Shown piece after piece: positions 9,714 to 17,863 of a stretch of DNA of 64,000 nucleotides (the stretch's first letter is position 1; each line of letters opens with the position of its first letter). A model generated the notes under the pieces. That model searched no databases and was not told the origin of the DNA. It saw only the letters and a program-made list of their open reading frames with translations. The stretch is from an uncultured Candidatus Poseidoniales archaeon (GTDB lineage: Archaea > Thermoplasmatota > Poseidoniia > Poseidoniales > Poseidoniaceae). The stretch spans positions 9,911-73,910 of the forward strand of contig CACEWA010000005.1 in NCBI GenBank assembly GCA_902563095.1. The letters run 5' to 3'. The translations under genes and the position numbers were made by a program.

Positions 9714-10855
9714 TAAACCGTTTGTGTTGCAGCAATTTCTTTTACTCTATGAAGGAACTCTTCTAACTGTACTCTTCCATGCATTGAAGTTTGTAACTTG
9801 ACATCACAATCTGCCAATGCATCTAGTAGATCACATAGCATAGCCTCTTCCAATAATAATCTGCCAGTGGTCAGTAATCTATGCAGATGCATTACCACAT
9901 CCTCCGCTTCCAATGCATGTTCATTCATCAATTGGTCAAGTGCCCCCAATGCCCCTTTCAAAATACGCTTATTTCGCCCACCTTGTTTTTCCCATCGCCA
10001 ATCATGGACCCTTCCTCTCAGGGCTTCTTCGAATACTTGCTGAACCCCAACAATAGTTGTTGCTGCAACCACGTTTTGCAGGTTTTTACGGTCGTGAAGA
10101 TTCTTTCTTCGTGCTAACAATTCCAACAGGAAGACTGCTCGGCGAAGGTTGCCTGTAGAGACGTGGGCTATGTCGCCAAGAATGCCTCTGACTGGTGCTA
10201 AATCTTCTTTTTCTACAATCGATTCGAGTCTTTGAGTGATTATATTGTTTGGAGTTGCAGGAATTCTGATTTGTTTTGACCTGGAACGTAATGCGTCAAT
10301 AATTCTAGAGGGGGATCTAGCGGTAAATATGAATCGAGAGGTGGACGATGTCGATTCCATCATTCTTCGCAGATATGGTTGCCTTGTTGGCCCGAGGTGG
10401 TCTGCATCCTCTATGATGATTAGTCGCGAAACATAACTTTCTCCGCTAGTGTTTATTTCTCTATTTTCTTTTCCAGCGGGGGGCGTGTCACCCTCTGCTG
10501 CTTGTGTAAGATTGGCATCAAAAGAGTCTAGAGATGAACGCCCTGCAAGAGTGTCTCCTGAGGATGTTCCTGCTGGGCGTAAAAATTCCTCGAACTTCTT
10601 CATCGCACCTGCGGTTTTTGCTAAATCCCTAGCTTGTAAGACGTGAGTTGTAGATTGCCAGGACGGGCCTAAAATTTGCCTGGCGACTAACCTCCATGCA
10701 GCAGTTTTGCCAACTCCAGCCGGCCCGGCTAAAATCAAATGAGGGGGATTTGCTTGAACTGAAACTCTCTCAAGGTTCTCTCGGATTGATTCATTCATAG
10801 CTAATTCGTCAAAACGACGAGGCGCGTATGACTCAAGCCAAGATGCCATCAACAA
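9713..10855 (-). CDS. rfc: replication factor C subunit (AAA+ clamp loader), probably the small subunit, with an approximately 80-aa insertion
   Basis: Walker A GPAGVGKT. Walker B/DEAD-like IIIEDADHL. Clamp-loader sensor region SRFIFTARSPSRIIDALRSRSKQIRI, which aligns to the RFC SRC-motif region. The stop abuts the 3' end of tRNA-Arg. Confidence 0.7.
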   Translation of the reverse strand: MLMASWLESYAPRRFDELAMNESIRENLERVSVQANPPHLILAGPAGVGKTAAWRLVARQILGPSWQSTTHVLQARDLAKTAGAMKKFEEFLRPAGTSSGDTLAGRSSLDSFDANLTQAAEGDTPPAGKENREINTSGESYVSRLIIIEDADHLGPTRQPYLRRMMESTSSTSRFIFTARSPSRIIDALRSRSKQIRIPATPNNIITQRLESIVEKEDLAPVRGILGDIAHVSTGNLRRAVFLLELLARRKNLHDRKNLQNVVAATTIVGVQQVFEEALRGRVHDWRWEKQGGRNKRILKGALGALDQLMNEHALEAEDVVMHLHRLLTTGRLLLEEAMLCDLLDALADCDVKLQTSMHGRVQLEEFLHRVKEIAATQTV

Positions 10856-10898
10856 GAATGTTAGCGAATGGGTCTTTCAACCCCTCGGTAGAATGTAA

Positions 10899-11081
10899 TC
10901 ACTCTGCGTCTAGGATTTTGTGCCCCGTTCTTCGTAATTTGATGAAGATACGAGTCCCGCAATGCTTGCATGTCATTGCTGGTTGCCACTTTCCTTCGCG
11001 GTCACGAGTGAAACTCTGAATCATACCGCAATTTGCGCACTTGTAGTCTACAGTAAGGTCAGCCATGTAGTTCACGCTCAT
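10899..11081 (-). CDS. rpoP: zinc-ribbon protein, RNA polymerase subunit P (Rpo12/RpoP)-like
   Basis: C-x2-C-x17-C-x2-C zinc ribbon (YKCANCG...CKHCGTRIFIKLRR). It matches the RpoP pattern Y.C..CG...RCP.CG.RI..K.R. The start is placed at the internal Met MSVNY at 11081; the ORF track extends to 11129, and MADL at 11066 is also possible. Confidence 0.4.
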   Translation of the reverse strand: MSVNYMADLTVDYKCANCGMIQSFTRDREGKWQPAMTCKHCGTRIFIKLRRTGHKILDAE

Positions 11082-11158
11082 CTGCGCGACCGGCCTCTCC
11101 TCTTTGAAGGTGTCCTTTGCCACAAGCAATGTTCAAGGGCGTAACACGGCACCATAAT

Positions 11159-11752
11159 TACATGGCAGAGGGTAAACTGGTCATCGATGTTGTCGATAAT
11201 GGCGGCCAGTGGACGCACCGAGAATGGAGGATGCTCAGATACCTAGGCGTAGATACCCAAATCATCGAAAATACTACCCCGATTGAAGACCTTAGAGATC
11301 TTGATGGATTGATTTTGTCAGGGGGCGCTGCAAGAATTGGCCTGTCAGGAGAATTAGGAAATTGTGCAGCATTCCTTGAATTGGATATTCCAATTTTAGG
11401 GATTTGTGCTGGGCACCAATTCATGGCTAGGCACTATGGAGGAGATGCAAGAGAATCTCCTAAGCCAGAATTTGGAGCGATGAATATCGAATTAGTAAAC
11501 GGCGGCGGGACGATTTTCGCCAATACTGCTGATTCCCAAACAGTTTGGGAAAGTCACAACGACGAAGTTCATGTCGTACCAAATGGTTTCTTCATCACAG
11601 CTTCTTCTGATTCATGTCATGTTCAAGGAATGGAAAATGAAGAGGGGACTCGTTTTGGATTGCAATTTCACCCAGAGGTAAATGACTCAGAATTCGGAAA
11701 AGAAATGTTCGAAAACTTCGTCGAAGTTTGCAGGGCTGCGAAAAATTCCTGA
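11159..11752 (+). CDS. guaAA: GMP synthase (glutamine-hydrolysing) subunit A, class I glutamine amidotransferase
   Basis: The N-terminus KLVIDVVDNGGQWTHREWRMLRYLGV is the GuaAA signature. The catalytic Cys sits in GICAGHQF. The C-terminal His and Glu are present. The start is placed at Met 11159; the track ORF starts at 11117. Confidence 0.8.
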   Translation, partial: YMAEGKLVIDVVDNGGQWTHREWRMLRYLGVDTQIIENTTPIEDLRDLDGLILSGGAARIGLSGELGNCAAFLELDIPILGICAGHQFMARHYGGDARESPKPEFGAMNIELVNGGGTIFANTADSQTVWESHNDEVHVVPNGFFITASSDSCHVQGMENEEGTRFGLQFHPEVNDSEFGKEMFENFVEVCRAAKNS

Positions 11753-11760
11753 AGGCTCCA

Positions 11761-13551
11761 TTAAACTGGAGTCCCAAGGTAAATTTCGTCGATATCTAAC
11801 TGTAGGATATACAAGCCTGTAGAAATACACGAAGCGTAAATTCTGCCTTCGTGGAATTCAACTGCCCACAGGAAAGGGACCCAGCCAAAATCGTAGTATG
11901 CGCTGTCAAGCGGTGTACCGTCGAGATGCCCTGAAGGTAGATAATAGCCAATAGTTGATTCAAAGTGAATGTCGATTCTGTCCGTTGCCTCAGGAGCAAT
12001 TAGCGTTTCAAGATCCACAATCCAAAGGCCCGCATGGTAATGAGAAATGTACAGTCTTACATCCCAGTTTCCGCCATGTGATTGATCGGTTTCCTCAGTA
12101 GTCTCAAAGTATCCTGTATCCAGATTATGCGGACTAAATAATAGCCATTCATCATTATTAGGATCCAGTTCACAACTTGCTCCAAAGCAGTGGTCTTGAG
12201 CGTACGGAATTTCCCAATCTCTAGTCATTGTAATTTCAAACCTGAAATTGCCATTTTCTTCAGAATATTCTGTAGTATCCAATAGGTAAACAATACCGGT
12301 CCCTTGGTACAAGTCAAGGCATTCTACTGCTGCTGTTACGTAATGTCGAGGTTCGTCTCCAAGTCCTAGATGAGATACATCAAGCATCTCAGGAACTGGT
12401 TCGGCATAATGAATGTAAGATACTCGGCCACCGTTTTCGTTGCCAGTAGTACCGCTGTCTGGCTGTCCATCATTATCCAAATCTAAGAAGTCCATCCATG
12501 AGCCGACTTCAGGCGCCCTCCAGCGACATAGCACTGGGTTTCCTTGTCCGGCTTTGCAGGTTGATGCCATCAAAGAATACAATTCTGGAGTATTAACTGG
12601 ATGAGGTACGTCAGTAACATCGCCGATTCTCAATCCTGCTTCCCAATATGAACCATAAACAAAGGTGCGGCCGTATCTTGGGTCTTCAGTATCCTCTCCC
12701 GGCCACTTCTGAACGGTCATGTCATGAATGTAAATCCAGCCGCCTCTGGTTGTTTCCCATGCTACCTCGTACTCACCAACTTTGATGATTGTATGGCCGA
12801 ATCCCGAGCCCGGTGTGCCCGGAGCGACCTGGGCTGCGCTTCCTTTGAGGTTCAAGTGAGCAATGGTTACTCCACCACAAGCTTCACCAATTGCAGAATC
12901 GCATTGTTCGTAATCTGGATTTGCAACGAAAATGTACCACTCTCCATCTATCATGTACGGGTACAGGTTGTGAGGCCCGCTTGGGTGGTCTGAATCATAC
13001 CATGAGTCGACATAAGTCGGGTTTGCCTTATCTGTAACATCAATCAAAGTCACTGATACTTGAATTGGATCGCTCCACTGGCCAATGTTAGGGTCTGCAT
13101 ATCCGGAATCGATGAGTTGGTTTTGTAAAATTACATATTCGTCGCCGTTGTACTCTAGATACTTAACATCCAAAACCTGAGTGTTTGGGTCATGGTAAAC
13201 TCCTACGACTTGGGGGTCTGATGCATTAGTAACATCAACAATGTGCATATCATTCCATCCTGCTTGGTAAGTGTACACTCTGCCGTCTGGAGAACGTGCA
13301 ACCGAAACTTCTGCATTTCCTGGCGATGTTAGAGGATTGAATGCAAGTTGTTCGATATTATCTGTGCCGACGGTATGCTGGCTCGCATTCATGTGATCAT
13401 GGCCTTCGCCTTGGAATAATGGGTCTCCTGCATGAAAGTGAGGTTTTGCCTCATTGGTCTCCACATCTTCTTCGCCAAGGACTAGGACAACTAAAGAAGA
13501 TGCAAACAGAATTATGAAAATTCCCAGCGCTACGCCAATCTTGCTGTCCAT
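11761..13551 (-). CDS. secreted/anchored beta-propeller protein with LVIVD-like repeats (putative)
   Basis: N-terminal hydrophobic segment MDSKIGVALGIFIILFASSLVVLVLG. Repeated motifs include GLWIVDL, GIVYLLDT and GLYILQLD, reminiscent of LVIVD repeats of archaeal/bacterial surface proteins. The track ORF extends to 13617 but then overlaps the divergent neighbour. Confidence 0.5.
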   Translation of the reverse strand: MDSKIGVALGIFIILFASSLVVLVLGEEDVETNEAKPHFHAGDPLFQGEGHDHMNASQHTVGTDNIEQLAFNPLTSPGNAEVSVARSPDGRVYTYQAGWNDMHIVDVTNASDPQVVGVYHDPNTQVLDVKYLEYNGDEYVILQNQLIDSGYADPNIGQWSDPIQVSVTLIDVTDKANPTYVDSWYDSDHPSGPHNLYPYMIDGEWYIFVANPDYEQCDSAIGEACGGVTIAHLNLKGSAAQVAPGTPGSGFGHTIIKVGEYEVAWETTRGGWIYIHDMTVQKWPGEDTEDPRYGRTFVYGSYWEAGLRIGDVTDVPHPVNTPELYSLMASTCKAGQGNPVLCRWRAPEVGSWMDFLDLDNDGQPDSGTTGNENGGRVSYIHYAEPVPEMLDVSHLGLGDEPRHYVTAAVECLDLYQGTGIVYLLDTTEYSEENGNFRFEITMTRDWEIPYAQDHCFGASCELDPNNDEWLLFSPHNLDTGYFETTEETDQSHGGNWDVRLYISHYHAGLWIVDLETLIAPEATDRIDIHFESTIGYYLPSGHLDGTPLDSAYYDFGWVPFLWAVEFHEGRIYASCISTGLYILQLDIDEIYLGTPV

Positions 13552-13609
13552 GTTGCTGCGGCTAACTTCTTCCGTATTGTATTTATTCTTGGCTTGAGTG
13601 GCAAAATCA

Positions 13610-14173
13610 ATGCGCATACTTGCTGCTATCCTTGGTGTTGTGATGCTCGCATCGCCGGTTGTAGGTCATGAATTATTGATTTATACTGTAATTGTAAACT
13701 CGGAAGGCGCGCAGCCAGCGGACATTCCCACCGGTGCACTGAAGGAAGGAGATTCCGCTTGGTTTTGGATGAAAGATACCACTGAAAATGCCACCTTAGT
13801 GATAGAATTAGAGAAAGATGGGGCTAAGGTAAGGTCACCTGTTCTACAATTCGCGTGTGAACTAGATGACAACGGTACGAGAATCGATGAGAACTGTATG
13901 ACTCGATACGATTTTGTCTTCAATCAACATACATCTGCAGGGGAATGGAACTTCACTTTCATGACATACGTCAACGATAGTCTGAACAAAACTAGTACAG
14001 GCTCAGTTTACATCCAAGAAGATGTTCACCTCGAGGAAGATTTGGATGAAATTGCAGAAAGTAAGGAGATTTCTAAAGAAGCGATTGCTGGAGTAATAGC
14101 GGCGGTCTCACTGGTGGCGATAGCGTTTCTAATATCAAAAATAGAATCTGAAACTATTCAAGAAAAAGAATAG
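13610..14173 (+). CDS. small secreted protein with C-terminal membrane anchor (hypothetical)
   Basis: N-terminal signal peptide MRILAAILGVVMLASPVVG. The C-terminal hydrophobic helix AIAGVIAAVSLVAIAFLI is followed by a charged tail. The track start at 13598 is a GTG. Confidence 0.5.
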   Translation: MRILAAILGVVMLASPVVGHELLIYTVIVNSEGAQPADIPTGALKEGDSAWFWMKDTTENATLVIELEKDGAKVRSPVLQFACELDDNGTRIDENCMTRYDFVFNQHTSAGEWNFTFMTYVNDSLNKTSTGSVYIQEDVHLEEDLDEIAESKEISKEAIAGVIAAVSLVAIAFLISKIESETIQEKE

Positions 14174-14178
14174 TTACT

Positions 14179-15633
14179 TCAGACTTTGAGGTTGGCCTGT
14201 CTTGCTAGAAGGACGATTTTCATGCTGTGCTCTAGCATTGCTGCATTGGCCCAGGCATCGTCTAAATCAGCGCCGACACAGTATGCCCCATGGCCCCTAA
14301 TTACCACGCACTTACTTCCGCCTTGCTTCAGAGCTTCTGCTGTTTGGCGCAAGAAATCGTCAGGGTTTTCTTCATCTGGATCTACGATTACTATTTTCCC
14401 GAGCATGCTTTTTCCAATCTCATCAATAGGTGAGCAAAGAATGAGGTCTTTTTCACAACTTACTGCTGTAGTGTATGGCCCCATCATGTGAATACAAGCA
14501 GCAGAGCCGCCGGTTTCGAGGGATGTTGCGGCTAACAGAACCTCAAGAACTCTCCAATCGCTTGGTGCAGTTGGAGGTGCGCCTTGCCCTAGCCTTCCGC
14601 CAACAAGTCCCCTCTCATTTAATCGAGATAGAGTGGTTCCTGCTTTGGTTGAAATCATGACTCCCGGCATCCCTGGGTGTAGTAGAGAAATTGTTCCCAT
14701 GTTTGCTCTGACTAATTGCTCTCTATCCAGTTGCCTTGCCAAACGTGCAATATCTGCAACTAAGTGATCTTGAACTACAATATCTGCTGCAAGAACTGCT
14801 GGAGGCATTGGTTCTGTTTCCAATTCCTCGATAATGTCGGCAGCTCCGGCTAGTGATTTGCGTAGACTATGTACTTCACCAGATAGTTTGAGAACTTCTT
14901 GTTCTGCCGCTTTTGCTCTGTTAGAAACATCAGGACCTGTTGTTTCTGAAACCGGTTCTGAGTCGGTTTCTTCTGCTTCAGATTCTTCTTCAGCAGGGGC
15001 TTCTTCGGCTTCGGCTTCAGCCTCTTCGGTTGATTCTTCAGTAGTTTCCTCTGCGGACTCCTCTTCTGCTTCAGATTCTTCTTCAGCAGGGGCTTCTTCG
15101 GCTTCGGCTTCGGCCTCTTCGGTTGATTCTTCAGTAGTTTCCTCTGCGGACTCCTCTTCTACTGCAGGGTCTTCTTCTGCCGGAGATTCATCCTCAGCAG
15201 TAGGCGGTCCGCTTGGCGGACCGGATGGAGGCCCTGAAGGTGGCCCTTTTGGTGGACCGCCTGGTGGACCTGATGGAGGTCCTGAAGGTGGCCCTTTTGG
15301 TGGACCGCCTGGTGGGCCCGAAGGAGGACCAGAGGGTGGCCCTTTTGGCGGGCCGCTTGGCGGGCCTGAAGGTGAATCGCTGGGTTCATCCTCGGTGGAT
15401 TCTTCCTCATCGGATTCTTGTGATTCTTCTTTAGCAGGAGTTTCTTCTGTTTCTGGTTCTGTTGTTTCCTCTTCAACAGCCGTTTCTTCAACAGGCGGTG
15501 CATCAGGGACATCCATGTCTTCAAGGCCTCCGAACGCGCCCCCAAACATGTCGTCTGCTGCAGCGTTTTCTGCATCGTCTTTAGCCTTCTTTGATGATGT
15601 TTTTCGGCCGGCCACGTTCTCGCCTCGTACCAC
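14179..15633 (-). CDS. class II aldolase/adducin-family domain protein with a long N-terminal acidic, Pro/Gly-repeat low-complexity region
   Basis: The C-terminal roughly 230 aa carry class II aldolase signatures (NMGTISLLHPGMPGVMISTKAGTTLSRLNERGLVGG ... HMMGPYTTAV ... VIRGHGAYCVGADLDDAW). The N-terminal roughly 250 aa are (E/T/S/A)-rich and include 16-aa GPPSGPPKGPPSGPPG-type repeats. Confidence 0.6.
   Translation of the reverse strand: MVRGENVAGRKTSSKKAKDDAENAAADDMFGGAFGGLEDMDVPDAPPVEETAVEEETTEPETEETPAKEESQESDEEESTEDEPSDSPSGPPSGPPKGPPSGPPSGPPGGPPKGPPSGPPSGPPGGPPKGPPSGPPSGPPSGPPTAEDESPAEEDPAVEEESAEETTEESTEEAEAEAEEAPAEEESEAEEESAEETTEESTEEAEAEAEEAPAEEESEAEETDSEPVSETTGPDVSNRAKAAEQEVLKLSGEVHSLRKSLAGAADIIEELETEPMPPAVLAADIVVQDHLVADIARLARQLDREQLVRANMGTISLLHPGMPGVMISTKAGTTLSRLNERGLVGGRLGQGAPPTAPSDWRVLEVLLAATSLETGGSAACIHMMGPYTTAVSCEKDLILCSPIDEIGKSMLGKIVIVDPDEENPDDFLRQTAEALKQGGSKCVVIRGHGAYCVGADLDDAWANAAMLEHSMKIVLLARQANLKV
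14976..15161. repeat. tandem direct repeat, 2 x 93 bp (one mismatch), encoding a duplicated 31-aa acidic block
   Basis: Read directly: cttcagattcttcttcagcaggggcttcttcggcttcggcttcagcctcttcggttgattcttcagtagtttcctctgcggactcctcttctg occurs twice in tandem. It lies inside CDS 14179..15633. Confidence 0.8.
15195..15370. repeat. about 3.5 tandem copies of a 48-bp unit encoding a 16-aa Pro/Gly repeat (GPPSGPPKGPPSGPPG)
   Basis: The periodic unit gcctggtggacctgatggaggtcctgaaggtggcccttttggtggacc is visible in the sequence. It lies inside CDS 14179..15633. Confidence 0.6.
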
Positions 15634-15678
15634 CCACAGAGCGCGGCTTAAATAGCCGTTGTCACTCGGCGACTTGCT

Positions 15679-15751
15679 GCCCGCGTGGTGTAGTGGTCTA
15701 TCATGAAGCGTTGTCGATGCTTCGACCCGGGTTCAAATCCCGGCGCGGGCG
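15679..15751 (+). tRNA. tRNA-Asp (anticodon GTC)
   Basis: Acceptor GCCCGCG/CGCGGGC. Anticodon loop TTGTCGA, giving GTC. T-arm CCCGG-GTTCAAAT-CCGGG. Discriminator G, then genomic CC. Confidence 0.75.
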
Positions 15752-15823
15752 CCTAACCGGCGCAATCAATCGATTTCGAGATGTTTTTTGTTATTCCAAT
15801 TCTAATTTTTGAAATAAAAAAAA

Positions 15824-15855
15824 GCCCCCACCGGGAGCAAACTCCCGGTGAGGGC
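15824..15855 (-). terminator. GC-rich hairpin followed (on the minus strand) by a U-run; putative terminator of gene 15897..16541
   Basis: Stem CCCACCGGGAG / CTCCCGGTGAGGG with loop CAAA. An A9 run at 15815-15823 on the plus strand gives a T-run on the minus strand downstream of the hairpin. Confidence 0.4.
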
Positions 15856-15896
15856 GAATTCCTGTTAAGGTGTATCAATCAAATTTACTGATTGTT

Positions 15897-16541
15897 TCAC
15901 TCGTCAGCTTCAATGAACTGGCCGATTAGTGCAGAACCAAGTCCCATGGACATTGCTGCGCCTGCCATCCAGCCGCTCATTCCTAGGCTCATGTCGCCAC
16001 CGTCTGGTAGCATGAAGTACCATCCTAGCATACCAACTAGCATCAAAGCGCCTGCTGCCCATGTCGCGAGTTGCGTTACATTTTCTGGAACAGCGTCCAT
16101 TGCGTCAACGCCAGCCATTGGTAGAACCATTGTCAGAGTAATTAGTAGTGCACAGACAATTCCTGCCCACATGCCAATTGTTCCGATCATTCCGCCAGTA
16201 GCCATATCACATGCTTCTTCGTCATCAGTATCATCGCATACATCGCTAAATGCCATTGTCATCGTTATGACAGTGCCATCACATTCTGATTCTGCGCCAC
16301 CAGGTGCCATATTATCAGCGAAATCTTCGCAGTCTGATTCTGAGCTTGCGCCCATCTCGGCTAAATCCATTTCCGACCATGAAGCAGTCAGACTTGTGCC
16401 TGCGTCCATTCCATCATCCATTTCCTCCTCAGGGACTAGCCAGGTGTTACCCATAGCGCCCATGATTCCGAGTACTAGACATAGGGCCGACATAGCCGCC
16501 ATGACCATTCCTTTCATTTTTGCATCCATCATTGTTTTCAC
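15897..16541 (-). CDS. Met-rich, acidic membrane/secreted protein (hypothetical)
   Basis: N-terminal signal/TM (MKGMVMAAMSALCLVLGIMGAMG). Central D/E/C-rich region. C-terminal hydrophobic helices. About 30 Met in 214 aa. Confidence 0.5.
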   Translation of the reverse strand: MKTMMDAKMKGMVMAAMSALCLVLGIMGAMGNTWLVPEEEMDDGMDAGTSLTASWSEMDLAEMGASSESDCEDFADNMAPGGAESECDGTVITMTMAFSDVCDDTDDEEACDMATGGMIGTIGMWAGIVCALLITLTMVLPMAGVDAMDAVPENVTQLATWAAGALMLVGMLGWYFMLPDGGDMSLGMSGWMAGAAMSMGLGSALIGQFIEADE

Positions 16542-16625
16542 ATTCCCGAGGCCTTAACCTCAGAGGGTATCCGAGCCCATGAGTATATGAGTGTTGTACC
16601 GGCGAATTAGTTAAAAAACGGGGTT

Positions 16626-16751
16626 TCAAACTATCTTATGATTCGTCACAGTGCCGCAAACCGTGCAATATACATCGATACCGTTGAGGCGAGGAGTAAC
16701 TCCAGAAATATCAATTTCTGCTCCGCATTCACACTTGACTTTGGTCTGCAT
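16626..16751 (-). CDS. possible small zinc-ribbon protein (41 aa)
   Basis: Hand-translated: MQTKVKCECGAEIDISGVTPRLNGIDVYCTVCGTVTNHKIV, with C-x-C ... C-x2-C spacing. It is below the 60-aa cutoff of the ORF track and sits in an otherwise unassigned gap. Confidence 0.3.
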   Translation of the reverse strand: MQTKVKCECGAEIDISGVTPRLNGIDVYCTVCGTVTNHKIV

Positions 16752-16792
16752 GATTCCTCGCAGGTGCTGCCTATTGATGAAATCAACGGCTA

Positions 16793-17863
16793 CTAGTTTC
16801 TGATAATGTGCGCTTCAATACTAGCATAGGTAATATTGGAGGCGTAGGATTTTTTCGATTCTAGGTTCAAAGAGATTAATTCCGTATCAACTAGGTGTTT
16901 CCTAATTTCCATTTCTGCATCTTCCAATAAATCAATAGAAATGATGGCCCATCCTCTAATTACAACCTCGTGTCCTTTTTTCAAGAGCCCTAGTAGATGA
17001 GGTAGGTGTTCGATGCTTTCATGGGGGAGGTTAACCAAAAGCAGGTCGCAACATTCTGGTAATTCTCTAGATAGATTGAGTGCATCAGCGCACCTAGTAT
17101 TGTGATCAGGTAAATTTAGTTGTAAGAACTCTGCTGCATGAGGATTTAGATCGCTACCATATATCTCATCGACAATTTCTGGTATCTTTGTTAGCGGAAC
17201 TAGTGCAGGGCCAACTCCAGCATAGGGGTCACAGACAGAAATTTTACGGCCCAAGGTCTGTGATAGTTTTGTGGCGCAATCAACGTTCCCAAGTCTTTCA
17301 TTGGCCAACCTAGGAGAGTAGTATACCAGGCTTGGATCTATCCAAAATGTATTGCCGTGTTCTTTCACTCTCGTCTTAGTGGAAGTGTCTGATTTGGTTG
17401 CCAATACTGTAAGATCTCTAACGCGGAAATCGCCTTTTACTCCATTATCCGCGCATGCTATTCTGGCGCTAGGATGTTGAGCGAGCATTGCTTCGCCAAT
17501 CATTTGTGAATGGGGCATCAGAGGTTCAGGAATTTTTACAATTATGACATCGCCGATTTGGTCATGGCTCATTGGCAATATGTCATGATGTCCGGCTAAA
17601 ATTTCTGAGTCTATCCTCTCTGTCCAATGTTTTGGGCCCGGGGTTAGTGGGTCCAATTCTAGAATCTCCAAATCATCGATTTCGAGTGGTGCTGAATCGT
17701 TGAGTGGGATGCCTGTATACTCCCCTAATTTGTGAATCCCGTGCCCTTCAGCCAACCAGCCATTACCGGCTAATTTGTCTCTCCAGAGAGAAGTTTCTCT
17801 CCTCGGCACTCTCAAATGGCGCATGTCCTTCGCCACACCCACAGGAGCATGAGGTTTGAGCAT
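16793..17863 (-). CDS. trm5: class I SAM-dependent tRNA methyltransferase, Trm5/Taw2 (Met-10+) family
   Basis: SAM-binding CDPYAGVGPALVP and the NLP motif (LLLVNLPHES) typical of tRNA (m1G37)/wybutosine methyltransferases. Size is 356 aa. Confidence 0.65.
   Translation of the reverse strand: MLKPHAPVGVAKDMRHLRVPRRETSLWRDKLAGNGWLAEGHGIHKLGEYTGIPLNDSAPLEIDDLEILELDPLTPGPKHWTERIDSEILAGHHDILPMSHDQIGDVIIVKIPEPLMPHSQMIGEAMLAQHPSARIACADNGVKGDFRVRDLTVLATKSDTSTKTRVKEHGNTFWIDPSLVYYSPRLANERLGNVDCATKLSQTLGRKISVCDPYAGVGPALVPLTKIPEIVDEIYGSDLNPHAAEFLQLNLPDHNTRCADALNLSRELPECCDLLLVNLPHESIEHLPHLLGLLKKGHEVVIRGWAIISIDLLEDAEMEIRKHLVDTELISLNLESKKSYASNITYASIEAHIIRN

Noticed and set aside
11158-11777. Minus-strand ORFs 11158..11424 and 11595..11777 overlapping guaAA
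   Set aside because: They are antisense to a gene with clear GATase motifs.
14834-15655. 273-aa Ser-rich plus-strand ORF, plus smaller ORFs at 15159..15575 (-) and 15213..15434 (+)
   Set aside because: They lie entirely within the low-complexity repeat region of the minus-strand aldolase-fusion gene. Frames stay open through such repeats by composition alone. The 14179..15633 frame has real domain signatures.
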